From positions 195,269 through 259,268 of the forward strand of contig CAVVDH010000001.1 of NCBI GenBank assembly GCA_963746965.1: a stretch of 64,000 nt of DNA. Direction: 5' to 3'. The notes beneath the pieces were generated by a model. It had not been told where the DNA came from. It was given only the letters and a program-made list of their open reading frames with translations, and did not search any database. This stretch comes from an uncultured Actinomycetes bacterium. Its GTDB lineage: Bacteria > Actinomycetota > Thermoleophilia > Gaiellales > Gaiellaceae. Within the stretch, counting starts at the first letter, position 1, and every line of letters begins with the position of its first letter. Below are positions 8,696-18,521 of the stretch, piece after piece. The position numbers and the translations under genes are program-made.

Positions 8696-9772
8696 TCAGC
8701 GAACGAGTCCCGTGAGGAGCTCCGCATACGACTCCTGCATCCGCTGTTCCGTGAACCGGGCGAGCCATGCGTCGCGCGCCCGAGCGCCGAGCCGTTCCCG
8801 CAGCTGCTCGTCCTCCAGGAGCCGCCGGATGGCGGCGGCGAGGGCGGGCGCGTCGTCGGGAGGCACGAGCAGCCCCGTCTCCCCGGAGACGACCGCCTCC
8901 CGCATCCCGCCGACGTCGGTCGCGACGACGGCGGCTCTCGTCGCCATCGCCTCGAGCAGCGCCAGCGGCAGCCCTTCGAAGCGGGACGGCAGGACGAAGA
9001 GGTCGAGCGAGCGGAGGAACGGCCCGATCTCCTGCTGCCACTCGAGGATCTCGAAGCGCTCGTCGACGGACCGCTCGCGCGCGCGCCGCAGGAGGGCCTC
9101 TCGCTCGGGGCCGTCGCCGGCGACGACCGCGGCGACGTCCGGCAGCTGTGCGAGCGCGTCGACGAGGACGTCGAAGCCCTTCTGCGGGTCGAGACGCCCC
9201 AGGGAGCCCACGACGGGACGCCGCAGCCCGAGCTCGATCGACCCTCCGGCGGGCTCGGGCACGCCGTTCGGCACGACGACCATCGTCCCGGCCGGAAGCC
9301 CGGCGTCGGCGGCGACCGCCCGGGCCGTGTGCTCCGAGACGGCGACGTGGGCCGCGAGCCGGCGGGACGTCATCCTCTTCAGCGACCGCGCCGCGCGGGA
9401 CCGGCTGGGCAGCGGGAGGTGCTCGACGACCACGACGCGGAGGCGGGGGACGAGGAGGGCCGCGACCGTCGCGTGCAGCCCCGCATAGGGCGTTTGCAGG
9501 TTGACGATGCAGAGCTGCGGTCTCAGCCGCCGCAGCGCGCGCCGGTGTGCGGCGACCGCACCCGCGTCGTAGAACCTCGCGGGCGGCTCGACGAGCGTGA
9601 CGTCCGCCGCGCGGCAGCCCGCCGAGACGGCTTCGGCCACGGCGGCGTCGGTGGCCACGACCATGACGCGAAAGGGCTCCGGCAGCCCCGCCAGGATCGT
9701 CGCGAGGCAGCGTTCCGCCCCGCCGACGCTCTCCGCGTTCGTGTAGGCGGCGAGCCGGATCTCGGGCCGCAT
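8696..9772 (-). CDS. Family-4 (GT-B) glycosyltransferase
   Basis: 358 aa. AYTNAESVGGAERC at the N-terminus; EGLPLALLEAMATRAAVVATDVGGMREAVVSGETGLLV (E-x7-E region). Confidence 0.9.
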   Translation of the reverse strand: MRPEIRLAAYTNAESVGGAERCLATILAGLPEPFRVMVVATDAAVAEAVSAGCRAADVTLVEPPARFYDAGAVAAHRRALRRLRPQLCIVNLQTPYAGLHATVAALLVPRLRVVVVEHLPLPSRSRAARSLKRMTSRRLAAHVAVSEHTARAVAADAGLPAGTMVVVPNGVPEPAGGSIELGLRRPVVGSLGRLDPQKGFDVLVDALAQLPDVAAVVAGDGPEREALLRRARERSVDERFEILEWQQEIGPFLRSLDLFVLPSRFEGLPLALLEAMATRAAVVATDVGGMREAVVSGETGLLVPPDDAPALAAAIRRLLEDEQLRERLGARARDAWLARFTEQRMQESYAELLTGLVR

Positions 9773-10899
9773 CAGCTCGAGCCCGCCACGCGCGCGTACA
9801 GCTCGACGAGCGCATCGGCGGCGACGGCCGGCGTGTGCCCTTCCTCGAACGCGCGGCGTGCGGCGGCGGCGCGCTGCCGCCGCTCCTCGGCATCGCGCAG
9901 GATCGAGACCGTGGCGCGCGCGAGCGTCTCGTCGTCCTCGGCGACGACCAGGCCGTCGTTTGCGGCGATGCCCTCGGCGCCTGTCGCGGTCGTGACGACG
10001 GGCACGCCGCTCGCGAGCGCCTCGAGCACCTTGACCTTCGTGCCGCTGCCGCGCACGGCCGGAAAGAGCAGGACCGAGATCCCGCGGAGGAAGTCGGGCG
10101 CGGAGCCCACCTCGCCGACGACCTCGACGCCGTCCGTCGACGGCAGGCCCAGATCCTGCATGCCTCGCCCGGCCACGGCGAGCGTTGCTCCGGGCTGTTC
10201 CCGGCGGACGAGCGGCCAGACGCGTTCGACGAGCCGCCTTGCGCCCGCCGCAGTCGTCGGCCAGGCCGCCGTTCCGATGAAGCCCACGGTCGCCGGAGCT
10301 TCTCCGGCGGCGGGGCGGTACTGGTCGGGATCGAGCGCGAGCGGCACCACGGTCACGTCGGCCCGGGGGGCGCGCCGCCGGAGCACGTCCGCCACGACCG
10401 GCGAGTTCGCGACGAGGAACCTGTGTCTCCGCACGGCCTTGGCCTCAGCCGCGGCGAGCCCGAAGCGGGCGGCCGCGGCGCGGAGATCGGGCGGCCGTCC
10501 CGGCCGGTCGAGCTCGACGAGGTAGTGCAGGTGGACGAGGGAGGGCACGCTGGTGCCGAGATCGCACCAGGCGGTGTGGACCTGGTCGAGATGGAGGACG
10601 TCGGCAGCGGCTGCGAGCCGGCGCACCCGCTCTCCGAACTCGCCCCGGCTCAGGTAGCCGAGCGGCCGGCGGACGAGATCGGCCCAGGACTGCGCGCGGT
10701 GCTGGAGAGGCACGGGGACGACGTCGACGGCCACCCCGGCTGGAGGAGCCCCCTCGACCGCTGCGGGCAGGCGGGCGGCGATCGCGGACAGCTCGACCCG
10801 ATCGTCGGCGCTCAGTCCCTTCAGCGCTCCGGCGGCGCAACGGCCCGCCGCGCCCCCTTCCGGGTAGGGCGGCTCGGGCATGACCATGACGACGTTCAC
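9772..10899 (-). CDS. Family-4 (GT-B) glycosyltransferase
   Basis: 375 aa. MNVVMVMPEPPYPEGGAAGRC; GSGTKVKVLEALASGVPVVTTATGAEGI. Confidence 0.9.
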   Translation of the reverse strand: MNVVMVMPEPPYPEGGAAGRCAAGALKGLSADDRVELSAIAARLPAAVEGAPPAGVAVDVVPVPLQHRAQSWADLVRRPLGYLSRGEFGERVRRLAAAADVLHLDQVHTAWCDLGTSVPSLVHLHYLVELDRPGRPPDLRAAAARFGLAAAEAKAVRRHRFLVANSPVVADVLRRRAPRADVTVVPLALDPDQYRPAAGEAPATVGFIGTAAWPTTAAGARRLVERVWPLVRREQPGATLAVAGRGMQDLGLPSTDGVEVVGEVGSAPDFLRGISVLLFPAVRGSGTKVKVLEALASGVPVVTTATGAEGIAANDGLVVAEDDETLARATVSILRDAEERRQRAAAARRAFEEGHTPAVAADALVELYARVAGSS

Positions 10900-10908
10900 G
10901 CCCGCAAG

Positions 10909-11964
10909 CTAACCGGAGGGCGCGCGAAGCCGGGCAACGCGCAGAGCGAGCCTGCGGCGCAATCGTCCCGAGCGGCGTCCCAACTGGGCATCGAGCTTCG
11001 CGCGCAGACGGCGGACGCGGAGACCGTTCGCGGCCGGATCGCGAGTCCGCCGGGCGGCAGCGTGCGCGAGCCGCCAGGCCTGCCTCTCCCGCCGGCGCCC
11101 GCCGATACTGCCGCGGGCGTAGATCTCGGCCCGCCAGAGCGCGAACGTCAGCTCCGCTTCCGCGAGGTGCTCGTCGCCGGCGGGGCGCGGCTCACCCCTG
11201 CGCTCCGCCGCGTCGGCCTGCACCAGCAGCATGGATTCGGCCGAGCGGCGGATGCCGTGTGACGCGTTCGTGTCGTGGATCCGGTAGCGGCCCACGATGT
11301 CCGGCAGGTTCACGATCGGGTAGTGCTCCGAGACGCGGAGCCAGAGGTCGTAGTCCTCGGCCTGGGGAACGCCGCTGCGGTAGCCGCCCAGCTCCTCGAG
11401 AATCGAGCGGCGCATCAGCGTCGCGGTATGCCCGAGCGCGCACTGCGTCTTCAGGGCCTCGGCGACCTCTGCAGCCGACGCCGGATATACGGCGACGTAG
11501 AACGGCCTCCCGTCGTCCGTGACGAGCAGGAGGGAGCCCCCGACGACGCCCACCTCCGGGTGGTCGTCGAGGTAGGCGACGTGCCGCGCGAGGCGGCCGG
11601 GCTCGGCGAGGTCGTCGGCGTCGAGGACCGCGATGTACTCGCCCCGCGCCAGGCGCCAGCCGACGTTGAGCGTTTCCGCATAGCCGACGTTCTGCTGCGT
11701 GTGCACGCGGATCCGCTCGTCTGCGGCGGCGAGCGACTCGACGATCCGGTGCGTCGCGTCGGTCGAGCCGTCGTCGACGACGACGAGCTCGAAGTCGTCG
11801 TAGGTCTGGCCCAGGATGCTCGCGATCGCGTCGTCGACGAAGCGCTCGCCGTTGTGGACCGCCATCACCACGCTGACGCGCGGCGTCTCGCCGCGCTCGG
11901 AGCCGCCCCTCCTCACCGGCGCTAGCATACGGTCCGCCGTCGCGATGATGAGGCGCATTCGCAC
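10909..11964 (-). CDS. Family-2 glycosyltransferase
   Basis: 351 aa (GTG 11964; alternative ATG 11958). VSVVMAVHNGERFVDDAIASILGQTYDDFELVVVDDGSTDAT; VLDADDLA. Confidence 0.85.
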   Translation of the reverse strand: MRMRLIIATADRMLAPVRRGGSERGETPRVSVVMAVHNGERFVDDAIASILGQTYDDFELVVVDDGSTDATHRIVESLAAADERIRVHTQQNVGYAETLNVGWRLARGEYIAVLDADDLAEPGRLARHVAYLDDHPEVGVVGGSLLLVTDDGRPFYVAVYPASAAEVAEALKTQCALGHTATLMRRSILEELGGYRSGVPQAEDYDLWLRVSEHYPIVNLPDIVGRYRIHDTNASHGIRRSAESMLLVQADAAERRGEPRPAGDEHLAEAELTFALWRAEIYARGSIGGRRRERQAWRLAHAAARRTRDPAANGLRVRRLRAKLDAQLGRRSGRLRRRLALRVARLRAPSG

Positions 11965-12820
11965 CGGGCTCCGCCGTCGTCGCGCGCGTCAAGAGCGTGG
12001 TGGCGCGGTCGTCCTCATGTACCACAGCGTCTCGCGCGGGCGACCCGACCCGTGGGAGCTGTGCGTCGACCCCGACCTCTTCGCCGAGCAGCTCGAGCTG
12101 CTGCGCGACCGCTTCCACGTCGTGTCGCTCGGGGAGCTGTGCGACGCGCTCACCCGGAACGAGCCGCTGCAGCGCGCCGTGGTGCTGACGTTCGACGACG
12201 GCTATCGCGACAACCTTCTCGTCGCGAAGCCTCTCCTCGAGCGCCACGGGCTGCCGGCGACCGTGTTCGTCGCGACCGGCTTCGTCGGCTCGGGTCGCGA
12301 CTTCTGGTGGGACGAGCTCGAGGCGGTCTGCGCCGCCGGCGGCCTCGAGTCGCGGCCGCTCTGGGAGGAGCTTCGCTCGCTGCCCCACGAGGAGCGCTGC
12401 GAGCGGCTCGACGCCCTGTGGGCGTCGACGGGCGCGGAGAAGCCCCAGCCGTCCCTGACCCTCGAGCGCGGCGAGCTCGAGCGCCTCGCCGACGGCGGGC
12501 TCGTCGGCCTCGGGGCGCACACCGTCACGCACCCGCACCTGTCCTCGCTGCCGGGACCGCAGCAGCGGCAGGAGATCGAGGGCAGCGCCGCGTACCTCGC
12601 GGAGCTCGTCGGCACTCCGCTGCGGGAGTTCACCTACCCGCACGGTGATTTCTCGCCCGAGACGGTCGCTCTCGTCGAGGCTGCCGGGTTCGAGATCTCC
12701 TGCACGACCCGCGCTGCGCCTGTGACCCGCCGGACGAAACGCTTCGAGGTGCCGCGGCTGCAGGTCGTGAACTGGGACGGCGACGCTCTCGAGCGCGAGC
12801 TCGAGCGGCGCCTCGCCTGA
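11945..12820 (+). CDS. Polysaccharide deacetylase (CE4 family)
   Basis: ATG 11945 MMRRIRTG...; VVLMYHSV, LTFDDGYRDN, ATVFVATG, GAHTVTHPHL. The track ORF start at 11816 would run antisense through the neighbouring GT2. Confidence 0.85.
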   Translation: MMRRIRTGLRRRRARQERGGAVVLMYHSVSRGRPDPWELCVDPDLFAEQLELLRDRFHVVSLGELCDALTRNEPLQRAVVLTFDDGYRDNLLVAKPLLERHGLPATVFVATGFVGSGRDFWWDELEAVCAAGGLESRPLWEELRSLPHEERCERLDALWASTGAEKPQPSLTLERGELERLADGGLVGLGAHTVTHPHLSSLPGPQQRQEIEGSAAYLAELVGTPLREFTYPHGDFSPETVALVEAAGFEISCTTRAAPVTRRTKRFEVPRLQVVNWDGDALERELERRLA

Positions 12821-12855
12821 GCGGCTCCCGGGCGACCGCAGGGGGTCGCACTACT

Positions 12856-13746
12856 ATGCGTCGGCCTGTGTCGGAGAGCCACGCACCCGTGGTGCGCACT
12901 GTCACGCCCGCCCTGTCCGACGAGGGCCTGCGCGAGGTGCTGATCGCCCCCACGCGGGGCTGGCCGCGCCTCGGGCTGCACGAGATCTCCGTCTACCGCG
13001 AGCTCCTCTTCTTCCTCGTCTGGCGCGACGTGAAGGTTCGCTACAAGCAGACGGCGCTGGGCGTCGCCTGGGCGGTTCTGCAGCCTCTGCTCACGGTCTT
13101 CGTCTTCACGATCTTCTTCAACCGCGTCGGCGGCCTCAAGACCGGCAGCGTCCCGTACGCGCTGTACGCGCTCAGCGGGATGATCCCGTGGCTCTTCTTC
13201 TCGAACGGCGTCTCGATCGCGTCCACCTCGGTCGTCACGAACGTCAACCTCGTGACGAAGGTCTACTTCCCGCGGCTCGTGATCCCGATCGCCTCCGTCC
13301 TGTCGAACGTTCCCGACGTGACGATCGGCTTCGTCCTGCTCCTCATCGCGATGGCGTTCTACGGCATCGCGCCCTGGATCGCGATCCTCCTGGTGCCTCT
13401 CGTGCTGCTGCTCGTCTACGCGTTCGCCCTCGCCGTCTCCTTCTGGCTGTCCGCGCTCAGCGTCGAGTTCCGCGACGTCCGCTACGTCGTCCCGCTTCTC
13501 GTCCAGCTCTGGATGCTCGCGTCGCCGCTCGCCTACGACATCTCGAAGCTCAGCGCGACGTGGCGGACGGTCCTCGGGCTCAACCCGATGACCGGGGCAC
13601 TCGAGCTCTTCCGCTGGGCGATGATCGGCGGCACGGCGCCGCAGCTCTCGACCGTCGGGGTCTCGTGCGCGGTCACGATCGTCACGCTCGTCGGGGGCGC
13701 CTACTACTTCCGGGCGATGGAGCGCCGGTTCGCCGACATCGCCTGA
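12856..13746 (+). CDS. wzm: ABC-2 type polysaccharide export permease (Wzm/TagG-like), copy 1
   Basis: 296 aa. YRELLFFLVWRDVKVRYKQTALGVAWAVLQPLL followed by 6 hydrophobic helices. ATGA overlap with the next gene. Confidence 0.9.
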   Translation: MRRPVSESHAPVVRTVTPALSDEGLREVLIAPTRGWPRLGLHEISVYRELLFFLVWRDVKVRYKQTALGVAWAVLQPLLTVFVFTIFFNRVGGLKTGSVPYALYALSGMIPWLFFSNGVSIASTSVVTNVNLVTKVYFPRLVIPIASVLSNVPDVTIGFVLLLIAMAFYGIAPWIAILLVPLVLLLVYAFALAVSFWLSALSVEFRDVRYVVPLLVQLWMLASPLAYDISKLSATWRTVLGLNPMTGALELFRWAMIGGTAPQLSTVGVSCAVTIVTLVGGAYYFRAMERRFADIA

Positions 13747-15002
13747 TGGCCGCCGCGTCCGTCATCCGCTGCGACCGGATCTCCAAGCGGTACATCCTCG
13801 GGACGAGGGTCGCCGGGCGGACGCTGCGCGAGGCGATCGTCTCGAACGTCACCGACCCGCTCCGGCGCCGCGACCGCGTCCGCACCGAGCACCGGCCTCC
13901 TCTCTGGGCCCTGCGCGACGTCTCGCTCGAGGTTGCGGAAGGAGACATCCTCGCCCTGATCGGCCGCAACGGAGCCGGCAAGAGCACGCTGCTGAAGATC
14001 CTCGCGCGCATCACCGAGCCGACCGAGGGGGAAGCGCGCATCCGTGGGCGGCTGGGGTCGCTCCTCGAGGTCGGGACCGGCTTCCACGGCGAGCTGACGG
14101 GTCGAGAGAACGTCTATCTGAACGGCGCGATCCTCGGCATGCGGCGCCGCGAGATCGACCGGCGCTTCGACGAGATCGTGGACTTCGCCGAGATCGAGCG
14201 GTTTCTCGACACCCCGCTGAAGCGCTACTCGAGCGGGATGACCGTGCGGCTCGCCTTCGCGGTCGCCGCCCATCTCGAGCCGGAGGTGCTCCTCGTCGAC
14301 GAGGTGCTCGCCGTCGGCGACGTCGGGTTCCAGCGCAAGTGCATCGGCAAGATGAGCGCGGTGGCGAGCGAGGGACGCACCGTCGTCTTCGTCAGCCACA
14401 ACATGGCGATCATCCAGTCGCTCTGCAAGCGCGGGATCCTGCTCGAGCGGGGCAGCGTGACCGTGGACGCTCCCATCGAGGACGCCGTCGCCGCCTATCT
14501 CCGCACCGTCGAGGAGCAGGCCGCCATCGGTCTCGACGAGCGCCGGGGCCGGCCCGGCTGGGACGAGGCGCGGCTCACGAGCGTCGAGATTCACGGGGCC
14601 GAGGGCACGGAGCGGCTGGCGACGGGCCGGCCGGCTCGCTTCGTCTTCGTCGTCCGGCGCTACAGCGGCGCGGCACAGGCGCGCCTCTCGTTGCAGTTCA
14701 CTCTCGTCAACGGGCTCGGCAACCCGGTCGCGACGTTCGCGAGCGAAGACCTCGGCCCGGAGGACACCGAGTCCGAGACGACCGGCGACACCTTCACCTG
14801 CGACCTGCCCGTGCTGCCGCTCGCTCCCGGCCGCTACCGCATCGACGTCGAGGTGCACGGGCGCGCGTACCTCCAGGATGCGATCGAGGGAGCCGCCTTC
14901 TTCGACGTCGAGCAGGGCGTGCTCGGCGGCCGGCCGGTGGCGGGAGACAGGCCCGGAGACGTCGTGGTCGACCATCGCTGGACGACCCCTTCGGTCGACT
15001 AG
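13746..15002 (+). CDS. wzt: Polysaccharide export ABC ATPase (Wzt/TagH-like) with ~170-aa C-terminal extension, copy 1
   Basis: ATG 13746. Walker A GRNGAGKST, signature YSSGMTVRLAFA, Walker B LLVDEVLAVGD, then an extra beta-rich domain (RLTSVEIHG...RYRIDVEVHG...FFDVEQG). Confidence 0.9.
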   Translation: MAAASVIRCDRISKRYILGTRVAGRTLREAIVSNVTDPLRRRDRVRTEHRPPLWALRDVSLEVAEGDILALIGRNGAGKSTLLKILARITEPTEGEARIRGRLGSLLEVGTGFHGELTGRENVYLNGAILGMRRREIDRRFDEIVDFAEIERFLDTPLKRYSSGMTVRLAFAVAAHLEPEVLLVDEVLAVGDVGFQRKCIGKMSAVASEGRTVVFVSHNMAIIQSLCKRGILLERGSVTVDAPIEDAVAAYLRTVEEQAAIGLDERRGRPGWDEARLTSVEIHGAEGTERLATGRPARFVFVVRRYSGAAQARLSLQFTLVNGLGNPVATFASEDLGPEDTESETTGDTFTCDLPVLPLAPGRYRIDVEVHGRAYLQDAIEGAAFFDVEQGVLGGRPVAGDRPGDVVVDHRWTTPSVD

Positions 15003-16031
15003 TCCGGCCGCTGCCGAGCGGCGGCGAGCCTCCCCGAAACCTCGGCCCGCAGGGCTGCGAACCGCCGGCCCTGCTCGCGCAGCCGTTGCGCTCGCGTCCG
15101 CCGGGCGAACGCGAGCAACGTGCGAGAGCCGGACTCCGAACGGGCGTGCTCCTCCGCCAGGTCGAACAGGCCGTCCGCGACGTCCTGGCGGCCGGCCCGG
15201 CTCATCGTCCGGGCGAACCAGAGGGCGTCCCGGACGAGCGCGTCCGTCATCTCCTCCTCGGAGGCTCCGGCCGCCAGCACGGCCTGCCGGTCGACGACCT
15301 CGGTCTCGGCGAACGGGTCGGGCAGCCCGGCCTCGCGCGCGCGCCACGCGAGCCTCGCCCCGAAGGCGGAGATGCTCTGCCGCTCGAGTCGCTGCACGGT
15401 GCTCTGGCCGCCGTGGATGCGGTAGCGGACGACGGGCTCCGGCAGGTTCGCGAACTCCCAGTCGGCCGCCATGCGGAGCCAGAGGTCGACGTCCTCGGCG
15501 TGGAACGCCGGCCGGTAGCCGCCCGCGGAGTCGAAGGCGGCCCGGCGCATCGTGACGGCCGAGTGGTTGAACGGCGTCGTCTCGGCGAAGGCGCGCCGGA
15601 TCTCGGCGTCGGTCGTCGGATACGGGACCTCGACGAGCTCCCGCTCGTCCTCGTCCATGACGACGACGGCGCCGCCGACGAGCCCGACGCGGGGGTTGCG
15701 GTCGAGAAACGCGAGCTGGAGCTCCAATCGCCGCGGCAGCGCGGCATCGTCGGCGTCGATGCGCGCGATCAGCGGCGCGCGGCTGTGGGCCACGCCGCGG
15801 TTGAGCGAGGTCGCGAGACCGGCGCCTTCCTGGCGGTGGACGACGACTCGCTCGTCGCGGGCGGCGTAGGCGGCGAGGATCTCGGGGGACGAGTCCGTCG
15901 AACCGTCGTCGATCACGACGAGCTCGAAGCTCCGCGAACGTCTGCGCGAGCACGCTGTCGACGGCGGTGGCGAGATGGCGCTCGCCGTCGCGCACGCTCA
16001 TGACGACCGAGACGGCGGGGATGTCGCTCAT
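14999..16031 (-). pseudogene. Family-2 glycosyltransferase with one frame disruption near codon 33
   Basis: ATG 16031 [33 protein letters not shown] runs in one frame. IDDGSTDSSPEILAAYAARDERV...IDADD... to the stop at 14999 runs in another. Removing one nt near 15932-15936 restores ..FELVVIDDGSTD. Length 1033 nt = 3n+1. Confidence 0.75.
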
Positions 16032-16084
16032 GACGACCGCCCCCGACGTGTCGGGCGGACGGCAACTTCAGGCATCCTCCCGGT

Positions 16085-16963
16085 CTGTCCGGCACGGCCT
16101 ATCCACTTCTCGCGCCAGAGGCACCGGCGGGCCTGGCCGCCGGGCCGGCGCCGAGCATCTCGATCGTCGTCCCCTGCTTCAACGCCGCGGCGACCGTCGC
16201 GCGTGCGGTCGCCTCCGCGCTCGAGCAGACGACCCCGGCACACGAGATCATCGTCTGCGACGACGGGTCGACGGACGCGCCGGAGAAGAGCCTCGAGCCG
16301 TTCGCCGGCCAGATCGTGCTCCTGCGGAAGGAGAACGGCGGCGCCGCTTCGGCGTGCAATCACGCGATCGCGGCTGCGACCGGCGACTTCGTGGTGGTCC
16401 TCGACGCCGACGACTTCTACGACCCCGATCGCATCGGGGCGATCGCCTCGGCCTCGGCCGCGCGCCCCGACCTCGATCTGGTGGCCACCGACGCCTGGCT
16501 CGTCCAGGACGGCGTCCGCATCGGCACCTACTCGCAGGAGAATCCCTTCCCCGCCACCGAGCAGCGCGCCGGGATCCTCGAAGCGTGCTTCCCCGGCGGC
16601 TGGCCGGCCGTGCGCCGGGAGCGGCTGCTCGAGGCCGGCGGCTTCGACGAGTCGTACCGGGTGGCGCACGACTGGGAGTGCTGGCTGCGGCTGATCATGG
16701 GCGGGGCCTCGTGCGGCATGGTCGACGCGCCGCTGCTGACGTATCACATCCACGCGGCGAGTCTCAGCGCCAACAAGCCCGTGAGCCTGCGCGAGCGCGT
16801 CCGGATGCTGCGCTCGGTCGACCCCGGCCGGCTCTCGCCGCTCGAACGCGAGCTTCGCGCCCGGGCGATCGCACGAGACTCGCGCCGGCTGAGGAAGATG
16901 CGGATCCGGTCGGCGGGCTCGGCCCTCCGCAGGGCGATCCGGCCGAGCGGTCGGCACTCCTAG
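16085..16963 (+). CDS. Family-2 glycosyltransferase, start codon unresolved
   Basis: The frame is open from 16031. It encodes [46 protein letters not shown]. There is no in-frame ATG/GTG/TTG before 16316, which would remove the nucleotide-binding N-terminus. Only CTG codons (16085, 16130) are available, or a frameshift from ATG 16021/16030. Confidence 0.7.
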   Translation: MSGTAYPLLAPEAPAGLAAGPAPSISIVVPCFNAAATVARAVASALEQTTPAHEIIVCDDGSTDAPEKSLEPFAGQIVLLRKENGGAASACNHAIAAATGDFVVVLDADDFYDPDRIGAIASASAARPDLDLVATDAWLVQDGVRIGTYSQENPFPATEQRAGILEACFPGGWPAVRRERLLEAGGFDESYRVAHDWECWLRLIMGGASCGMVDAPLLTYHIHAASLSANKPVSLRERVRMLRSVDPGRLSPLERELRARAIARDSRRLRKMRIRSAGSALRRAIRPSGRHS

Positions 16964-17098
16964 CCCTCCCCGGACGTCGTCAGGAATCCGCAGCCGCCGG
17001 TGCCTTGCTTCGAGGCGCGAACCAGCGGCCGCTCCGCTGCCGGCGCGGCGGCGACGCCGGAAGGGAACGGAACCCGCGGCGGCGCGGGAGGCGGCGAG

Positions 17099-18211
17099 CG
17101 TCCACTGCTCGACATTCTCTTCGTGGATCTCGCGGAGGATCGACTCGACGTCGTACGTGACGTCCCAGGTCGGGTAGTCGCGCCGGAAGGGACGCAGGTC
17201 GGTGATCCACCAGCGATGGTCCCCCACACGCGGCTCGTCGTCGAGCTTCCATGCGACCGAGCACCCGGCGATCTCCTCGCAGAGATCGATCGCCTCGAGC
17301 ACCGAGCAGCTGCTCCCGCGGCCGCCGCCGATGTTGTAGACGGCGCCGGCGCGCGGAGAGGCGTGGAACGCCGCGAAGGCGCGGACGAGGTCGGCGCTGT
17401 GCAGGTTGTCGCGCACCTGCAGGCCGTCGTAGCCGTACACCGTGTACGGCGTTCCCGTCACGGCGCAGCGCATGAGGTAGGAGAGGAAGCCGTGTAGACG
17501 GGCGCCCGAGTGGCTCGGACCGGTGAGGCAGCCGCCACGGAAGACACCCGTCGGCATGCCGAAGTAGCGCCCGTACTCCTGCACGAGCAGATCGGCAGCC
17601 GCCTTGGACGCGCCGAAGAGCGAGTGGAGACACGTATCGATCGACATCGAGGCATCGATGCCCTCGTACCACTGGTGCTCGCGAAGAAGATCGAGCCGCC
17701 GGCCGAGCTCGACGAGCGGCAGCGCGTTCGGCCGGTCGCCGTAGACCTTGTTCGTGGAGGTGAAGACGAAGGTCGCGTCGGGCCGGTGCCTGCGGGTCGC
17801 CTCGAGGAGGTTCAGGGTGCCGTTCGCGTTGACCGTGAAGTCGGTCAGAGGCTCGGACGCCGCCCAGTCGTGTGACGGCTGCGCGGCGGCGTGGATCACG
17901 AGCTCCAGGCGAGCGGCGTTCCGGCGGAAGAGCCGGTCGATCCGCTCGGCGTCACGGATGTCGCAATCGAGCGACTGGAAGTTCTCGTACGCGGCGAGTA
18001 GCTCGCGCGTGCGCCACTCCGTCGAGGCTTCCGCACCGAAGAACCGTGCGCGGAGATCGTTGTCCACGCCGATCACGTCGTACCCGAGCTCGCAGAGGTA
18101 GGCGACCGACTCGGACCCGACAAGGCCGCCCGAGCCGGTGACGATCGCGATCGGGATCGGACCACTCGGCGCACCCGCGACGCGCGGCGCGCTCGTGTCA
18201 GCTGGACCCAT
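17099..18211 (-). CDS. NAD-dependent sugar epimerase/dehydratase (SDR, CDP-paratose-2-epimerase-like); 3' end unresolved
   Basis: [13 protein letters not shown] Rossmann motif, STNKVYG, catalytic [11 protein letters not shown] (YxxxK-equivalent region), [16 protein letters not shown]. Recognisable similarity ends at ..EENVEQWT (about 17099), but the frame has no stop until 16028. Confidence 0.75.
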
Positions 18212-18521
18212 GATCCACCTAGCGTCGCGCAAGCCCGAAACGGCATCGCCGTACGAAGGTCGGACTGCCACCTACCCGTTCGGGTCACGCGACCGGAATC
18301 GCCCGCGTCGCCGGCAGGGCGGATACACGGCCCCGGACGTTACTCAGGGCCGAACCGTCCGTTCGGCCGATGGGGGAGCGCAGCCACGACCGGATGATGT
18401 GAGCGAACGGCGGCAAGCCGCTCTCTTCGTGCGACCGATCGCCACATGTTGAAGTTGAGACCTTGGAGCTCACGGGCTCTGCCCGCCCAGGCGCCGACGC
18501 CGCTCCGGAAGACCGGCTGAG

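Noticed and set aside
8694-9893. N-terminal 400 aa of the 687-aa track ORF 7830-9893
   Set aside because: This part overlaps the well-supported GT4 gene (8696-9772) in another frame and is Arg/Ala-rich. Only the part downstream of Met 8693 (MAFADAAF...) looks like real protein (the kinase N-terminus).
13188-13745. N-terminal extension of the Wzt ORF (track start 13188)
   Set aside because: It overlaps the Wzm permease in a different frame and is Arg-rich. ATG 13746, overlapping the wzm stop, gives a normal ABC ATPase N-terminus.
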